Part shown: piece by piece, positions 36,041-41,960 of the stretch | Layout of the letters: each line of letters opens with the position of its first letter | How positions within the stretch are numbered: position 1 is the stretch's first letter | Origin: Dimargaris cristalligena | Taxonomy: Eukaryota | NCBI GenBank assembly: GCA_003614675.1 | Contig: ML002323.1 | Coordinates: 1 to 41,960, forward strand | Reading direction: 5' to 3' | DNA: 41,960 bases | Made by a program: the position numbers and the translations under genes | Notes under the pieces: model-generated | The model's input: only the letters and a program-made list of their open reading frames with translations | Database searches by the model: none | What the model was told of the DNA's origin: nothing

Positions 36041-38672
36041 ATACTTGGAGTTCCATTGGCTTCCATTGTGACTTGCCACTGAACTTGGGAGGATGAGGGT
36101 GGTTTCCGTTTTGGGGTGGTGATGCAGCGAAGCCAGGTCATGTGTCCTACTTTAATGACACTCTAGGAATGAATATGTACTGTTCTATACACTGGGTGAA
36201 ACACACATATCTGTTGCTTTAACAACTTTGTTGACTGTCTATGCATTCACTTCACCTCACGGGTTCCCGTAGGATAATCGTCATTCGGCCAACAATGTCC
36301 CCCACACACAATCCCAGCCAACACCCGCCTAATGGTTCGTTTTCTTTTTGTTGCGCCATATCCACCCCCCCAGTGGGTACATCCCTAATAGGCGTGACTT
36401 ACCCCGTTTGGTCGTGTTTTAAGGCCTTTATTGATACTGGTGGACATTGTGACCACTAATGCAATCATCAACAGTCCCAACATTTACATTTACATTCACA
36501 TTCCTTCACTCACCCCTCGTTTTTTTTAACTCACACACATCCATCAGTGAACTCAAACTTGCCTATAGACCACTAAAAAACCCACCGGGGATGGGGCAAT
36601 CCGTTAGGTCCATGTCGTCACTAATGAGAACATATGGAAAACATTGGCTGGGAACCCCGAACGAAAAAATGTTTATTTCTGAAAGGGGCTGATGGCAATT
36701 GAGCGGGCAGCTCTCCTACACATCCCAATCCAACGATCAATCGTGGGAGCGGCGATAAGATGGAATACAAAACCCACCGTCTTCACAATTGGACCCGCCC
36801 ACTGGGTTTGTTGCTTGGTACGTGGGGAGGGTGTATTTAAAACCCCATTTACATGTACCCAAAGCCGAATCAGTCGATTCCTCCTAGGACAATAACAGTC
36901 CTACTCACCTGGCCCTCCACCACCTCTGCTATTCGAGGAATACCTCCAGTTCATTAACCCATTGAGGCAGGGTGTGACTTGAGACAAAACACTAATTTCC
37001 CTCACTCGGTCAGTTACAGTCGAGTCATTTATTATTACAATCGGAATATCTTCTTAGAGGGCGGGCTAATACTGGTCATACGGGGGTTTTTATTTACCAT
37101 TGTTGTTACTTCCATATTGGCATACTATACTCCTCCACTGTATTTGGCTATGCTCGGTTTAATTCGAGATTACGGGCTTCCGGGTCTTAATTCCCATACA
37201 GCCATTGTTTTAAGGACATGCATGGCCGGGAAAATGTTTCAAGCTGGCAATGACAACTCGCTTACGGCATTTCAGTAATATAGTATATTCCCGCCCTACT
37301 ATCCACTATATTCCGGCGGAATTGGTCAAGACCCCCTCCCTACACTCGGTCGTAATTCCGTATATGGAGGAGTGTCAATAACTATTTAAACAATTAAGTA
37401 CACAATTTAGCACTGTCATATATTTTATCCTTCCTCTAGACCATCGGTACAGCGGTCTAGTCTATTGGGTATAGTATCATGATATCAAATACCAGGAAAA
37501 ATCGACCTTTCCTATAATAATATTCTCGTTAAATACTGTTGTGCCTTACTTGCATTTTTGGCCAGTTAAACAGCCTTGCTTCAGAATCGTTGGTCTTAAG
37601 AACTTCCCCGCATACTTGGTATTTCCTAATGTCGTAGGTTATTGGTTTCCCAAAAGAGACAATCCTATTTTCGGGATCCGCGTCAATATGGAAGAACAAT
37701 TAACGTCTCCATTTCATCTCAGTTAGATGTATTCTATAGTAGTTTCATGCCAGGCACTGGTGGTGGTGTTTACCAAGTTGACCATTATACCACCTGTACG
37801 CCTTATCTAGGCCATTAAATGCTAGCTACAAAGACTGAGGCTTCGTTCCAGATTGGTGTCTACCCTATCGTAATAAATTCACTGGGTCCCTCAAGTCGAT
37901 AGTAAAATATCAACCTGTATTTGACCCTTCCAACGTTGGACAGGATGGTGTATTTGGGTCTTTAAATTAAGGGACATACCAATGGATCATTTCGAGATAA
38001 TTAGTCCTCCGAATAATGTGCCTTCAGAGCAATGTGTAAGGCGGGGCAGGTATACTAGATTATTGACAATAACGGTGGCCTTATTTTATAATCGAGGAGC
38101 TTAATAGAGAAATCCGATTATTGCCGATATTGATATTTGATAATTGTGAAATATATTTCCGACTTAGTAATATTGTAGCTGGGTGCTAGCATGCCAATGC
38201 TTTGCCAACCGAATACATATAAAAATAAAATGGCATTCATTTCACCTGGCGAAATAACTATATAGATGCAGTTAATAAAACTCGGATCTTCATTTTAATT
38301 CTGGCCCAAAGTTTTGGCTTAATAAAATAACCAATACAAGTAACATGAAGTTGTCAAACTTGAAATATAGACTAGGATATAGATTAAGACCAGCACATCA
38401 ATTAAATATAAACCACTCATGAACTGATGATGTATACCAAGTGGTGAACTCAAAATTATACACTAGATTGCAAGTCCTACCTATCCCTCACTCTATACCT
38501 GACACAAAAAATACTATTACTAAAAGCCCAATCTCATTAATTATAGGAAATTATAAAGTTTTGTTGGCTTATTCCATATGGAAAAGTTCTTAAGTCTATA
38601 TTAATTCTGGATAATCTTTTATATTGAGTCTTCAGCAAAATCTATGTAGGGATTTTGTTAGGTATTATTGTA

Positions 38673-39255
38673 TGTCATCTAGGTTAGCCACTCTTAGTCT
38701 ATTAAGAGTCCTATGGATATGCTTCTAATGGTAGGCAGGGCTTAGACTTGGCTAAGTGGGCTACTAGTGTTAGGTATATTGTATGGTACTAACTAATAGA
38801 GGCTTCAGTAGGTATATGTAAGGGACATGCAGTCAGTACACTTACTAGTCAGTACAAGGGGGATGAGTATATAAAGAGTTTATTGGAGTAAACTAAGGGG
38901 TAAGAAATAAGCTAAGGAATTTAACTGGTCCTAATGGGGCCCAGTTATATAAATGTGGTGATAACTCTAGAGGGAGGTCCTAAGGCAAGGATACTACTAA
39001 GACTAAGGTATAGGTAAGTAAGCTGAATGGATAGTTATAGGTATCTGGAAGACTTTGAGGGTAACTGGAAGAGTCTTCAGATTAGTACTTGAGTAATTAG
39101 TACAAAGAGGTGGAGTCCAGAAGGGGAAGGGTTATATAATATAGGATGATCCCATAGTACTGGGGGTAACTGTAGGAAGGTTAGTATGGTGCTATAAGGC
39201 TTAATATAGTCAGACACTAATCCAACTGGATTAAGGTGGATTAGATGGTCCAATA
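38673..39255 (-). mobile_element. LTR copy 2 (inverted, most diverged copy)
   Basis: Reverse complement aligns end to end with 606-1187 (TATTGGACCATCTAATCCACCTTAATC ... CTAAGAGTGGCTAACCTAGATGACA). No clear TSD. Confidence 0.85.
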
Positions 39256-40633
39256 GTACTGAAAGATAATTCATATATTTTAGTATTTATGTACTGCTGC
39301 ATAGTGCAGGATTAGGGGAAGCTTATTCTTATCAATTTCTTTATCAGTTCTATCAAAACCTAGATCATTACTTTATATATTCTCTTTATCCCAAAACAAG
39401 TGTTAAGATCAAACTCACTGCCTAGATCTAGCTGTTATATCTGAAGCCATGAGAGGTGATTTTTTTAGCAATGAGATCATAAGGTATTGAAGGAGAATGG
39501 TTGAGGCCAGAGAGATCATCATTGATGACTGTTTGGCACCTGTCATAATTATTACATTTTAGTCTTGCAATTCAGGTATAAAAACCCACCCACTTTACTC
39601 CCTAGTTTGAAAAGAAACTGAATCATCACAAATTAGTCTATATTATCAATTCTCCAGCTATAACCATTTCGTAAAAAATAAAATCACTTTCTAAAAACCC
39701 ATATAAAATTTTAATTTATCAATTAATTCATTTGATAAAGCCATTGAGAGCAAATAATACAGAAGTGGCCACAGATTTCAGTCCCCATATATATTAATTT
39801 CAAGTATAATGTTTTTCTTTATCATATTTTTTTCCTTTTGTTAAAACATTACTATGTTTTGTTCCAAATGTCCATTCACTGGAACCCCTGAAGTATCACC
39901 ATCACCTCCCCTGTCTCGCCCTCACTTACCACTTGAGCAGTTGTTACAGCTGCCCTCCTCCTCGTGGTCCAGTGTCCCTTAACCTGGTGGGGCCAAGTTG
40001 AACTCTCTCAGATCCCCAGGCCACATCAATACAGTTATTCCAGATGGTATATATTGGTGTCCAGGAGAACCATCTGATCAATGGTGAAAGAATAACAGGG
40101 AAATCATGTAATTATTAACTGGGGGGTGGAAGCTAATCTCTATAGAATAGGTAATTATTATAGAAAAGTTGTTAGTATAAAACACTAGATTTATGTAACA
40201 GTAAGAATAAAATATCTGATCTAAAAAGGTGTTATGACAGGCTGGTATTAAGGCCAGGTACCACAGGATGGACCAGACCTCAAAGGACAAGAATAAGTTT
40301 ATTAGGATAAATATCATAATAAGACAAAATAAAAGAGAAGTTGTAAGCTAAAGAGCAAGCTGTGGGAAAAGAGTTGGGGTTATATCTAGACTCAAGGGGC
40401 AGAGAAAGAATAATGATGACTAATGAATATGAATCAGTATCTAGATAATATGGGGAATATAATAATGGGAAAAAAAAACAGTAGGATAATGGGGATATAT
40501 TTCTATAATATTAATGTTAATTTACCCATCTGTTGGTATGGGTTTTTACTTGTATGGCTGGTTATTCTTATAGTTCAAATTAACCAGTCATGACAAAAGG
40601 GTACAAAGAGTAACTTATATTTCCATAGTCCAC

Positions 40634-40934
40634 TTATTCAATTAGTGTAGCATACAGCAGTCCAGATTCTAATATGGTCATATATTGTCCAGTTCTACAT
40701 TTATCAATCAAATCCTGAGTAAAATTTGGTTTATCTAATGGAAAGATTTTGAAGGAAAGGTTGACCCAAACAAGATGCAGCAAGTCCAAAGTAGCATACT
40801 GGTCATAATTAACTAGACCTATCTCAGTTGGGTTTAATAACTGATAGTTTATGTTATTTATCACTGGGTGGGCAGCTTGAATCTAAATGATAGTTACAGC
40901 TCAACTAATGTTTTTTCCAGGCTCCAATGTGACT
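40634..40934 (-). pseudogene. Degenerate coding-like remnant of unknown family abutting LTR copy 3
   Basis: 76-codon open frame with protein-like composition (NYQLLNPTEIGLVNYDQYATLDLLHLVW...FPLDKPNFTQDLIDKC) in AT-rich DNA. Upstream in-frame stops are TGA/TAG, compatible with C-to-T decay. Confidence 0.3.
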
Positions 40935-41513
40935 TGTTGGCCCCCCTAATCTGACTTAATCTGGATATAATGATTATCCACCCTTATTAGGCCTTATAGC
41001 ATCCTATTAACCTTCCCATGGTTACCCCTGGTACTATAGGATTATCATTTATCATATAACCCTTCCCCTTCTAGACCCTAATACTTTGCACCAATCACTT
41101 GACATGCTGATCCAAAGACTCCTCCAGTTACTGTGGGAGTCTTCTGGATATGAGTGGCCATCTGGTTGGCCTATTTATCTATACCTTAGTCTTATAGTAT
41201 ATTCCCCTTAGGACCTACCTCTAGAGCTGTCCCCACATATATATAACTGGGCCCCCTTGGGACTGGTTAGTTTCCTTAGCTTATTCATACCCCCATTTAC
41301 CTCAATAAACTGTATATGCTCACTCCCTTGTACTAACTAGTAAGTGTGCCTGCTGCACATCCCTTGCATTTACCTGCACTTGTCCTTTATTGGTTAGTAC
41401 TATACCCCCATCCTAATACTAGTAGCTTGCTTAGCTAAGTCTAAGCCCCACCTACTGTTAGAAGCCTATCCTCAGGACTCTTGATGGACTAAGAGTTGTT
41501 AACCCAGGTAATA
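40935..41513 (+). mobile_element. LTR copy 3
   Basis: TGTTGGCCCCCCTAATCTGACTTAATCTG ... CTAAGAGTTGTTAACCCAGGTAATA, colinear with 606-1187. Flanks TGACT/ATATA do not form a TSD. Confidence 0.9.
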
Positions 41514-41960
41514 ATATATGTGTTTATTGATATTAGGTGGGTGAATGTCGACATCTAAAAGGGTTCATTATAAATAGAAAAACAAAAATATGAGGAGAAG
41601 GAATATGGTTCTAGATATTAGTTACTAGTAATAAAACATGACAATTATTATATGATACTAGCATGACTTTAGAGGCTACACTAAATGAACAGGAAAAAGA
41701 TAAGAATATCTACATTAGACAAAGCAACTGGTGAGTCCCAAATCCATAAGGCAAGGCCTGCTAGTCTGGGGGTGTTATAGTAAACTTACCATATTTTTTA
41801 CTTACTTTTATTTTTAATCCATTTTTCGCACTTATTGGAAGTACACCCCCTGATAAGTGAATGAGCCCCTGCCCCTGCCCCTGACAAGTATAGTTATTTT
41901 TCTTACATTTTCATTATTATATTGTTTTTTCTATTATTATATTTTATACCCTTGACTGTC

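Noticed and set aside
606-41513. LTR copies 1 and 3 as the two ends of one giant element
   Set aside because: Copy 1 has its own TSD on both sides, so it is an independent solo LTR.

Overview
Gene-poor eukaryotic window, most likely fungal (inferred from the Ran1/Ksp1-type kinase, fungal-type C2H2 fingers and intronless genes; the lineage cannot be fixed from sequence alone). The left flank holds the 3' part of a tRNA-Ala(AGC) and a decayed Tc1 (DD34E) transposon at 545-2475 with a solo LTR nested inside it. Next is a gene encoding a signal peptide plus two C-terminal zinc fingers, broken by one in-frame TAG and bracketed by two direct copies of a 144-bp MITE-like element (third copy at ~24.9 kb). 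The core has two minus-strand genes: a Ser/Thr/Pro-rich disordered protein that needs a -1 shift at an A7 run, and a Ran1/Pat1/Ksp1-like Ser/Thr kinase. The ~1.5 kb upstream of the kinase is almost free of ATGs except for two minimal uORFs. A ~22 kb stretch without recognisable genes follows. The right flank is AT-rich and CpG-depleted, with two more copies of the same LTR family. The best candidates for new biology are the secreted zinc-finger (effector-like) gene with its MITE brackets and the GCN4-like uORF leader on the kinase.
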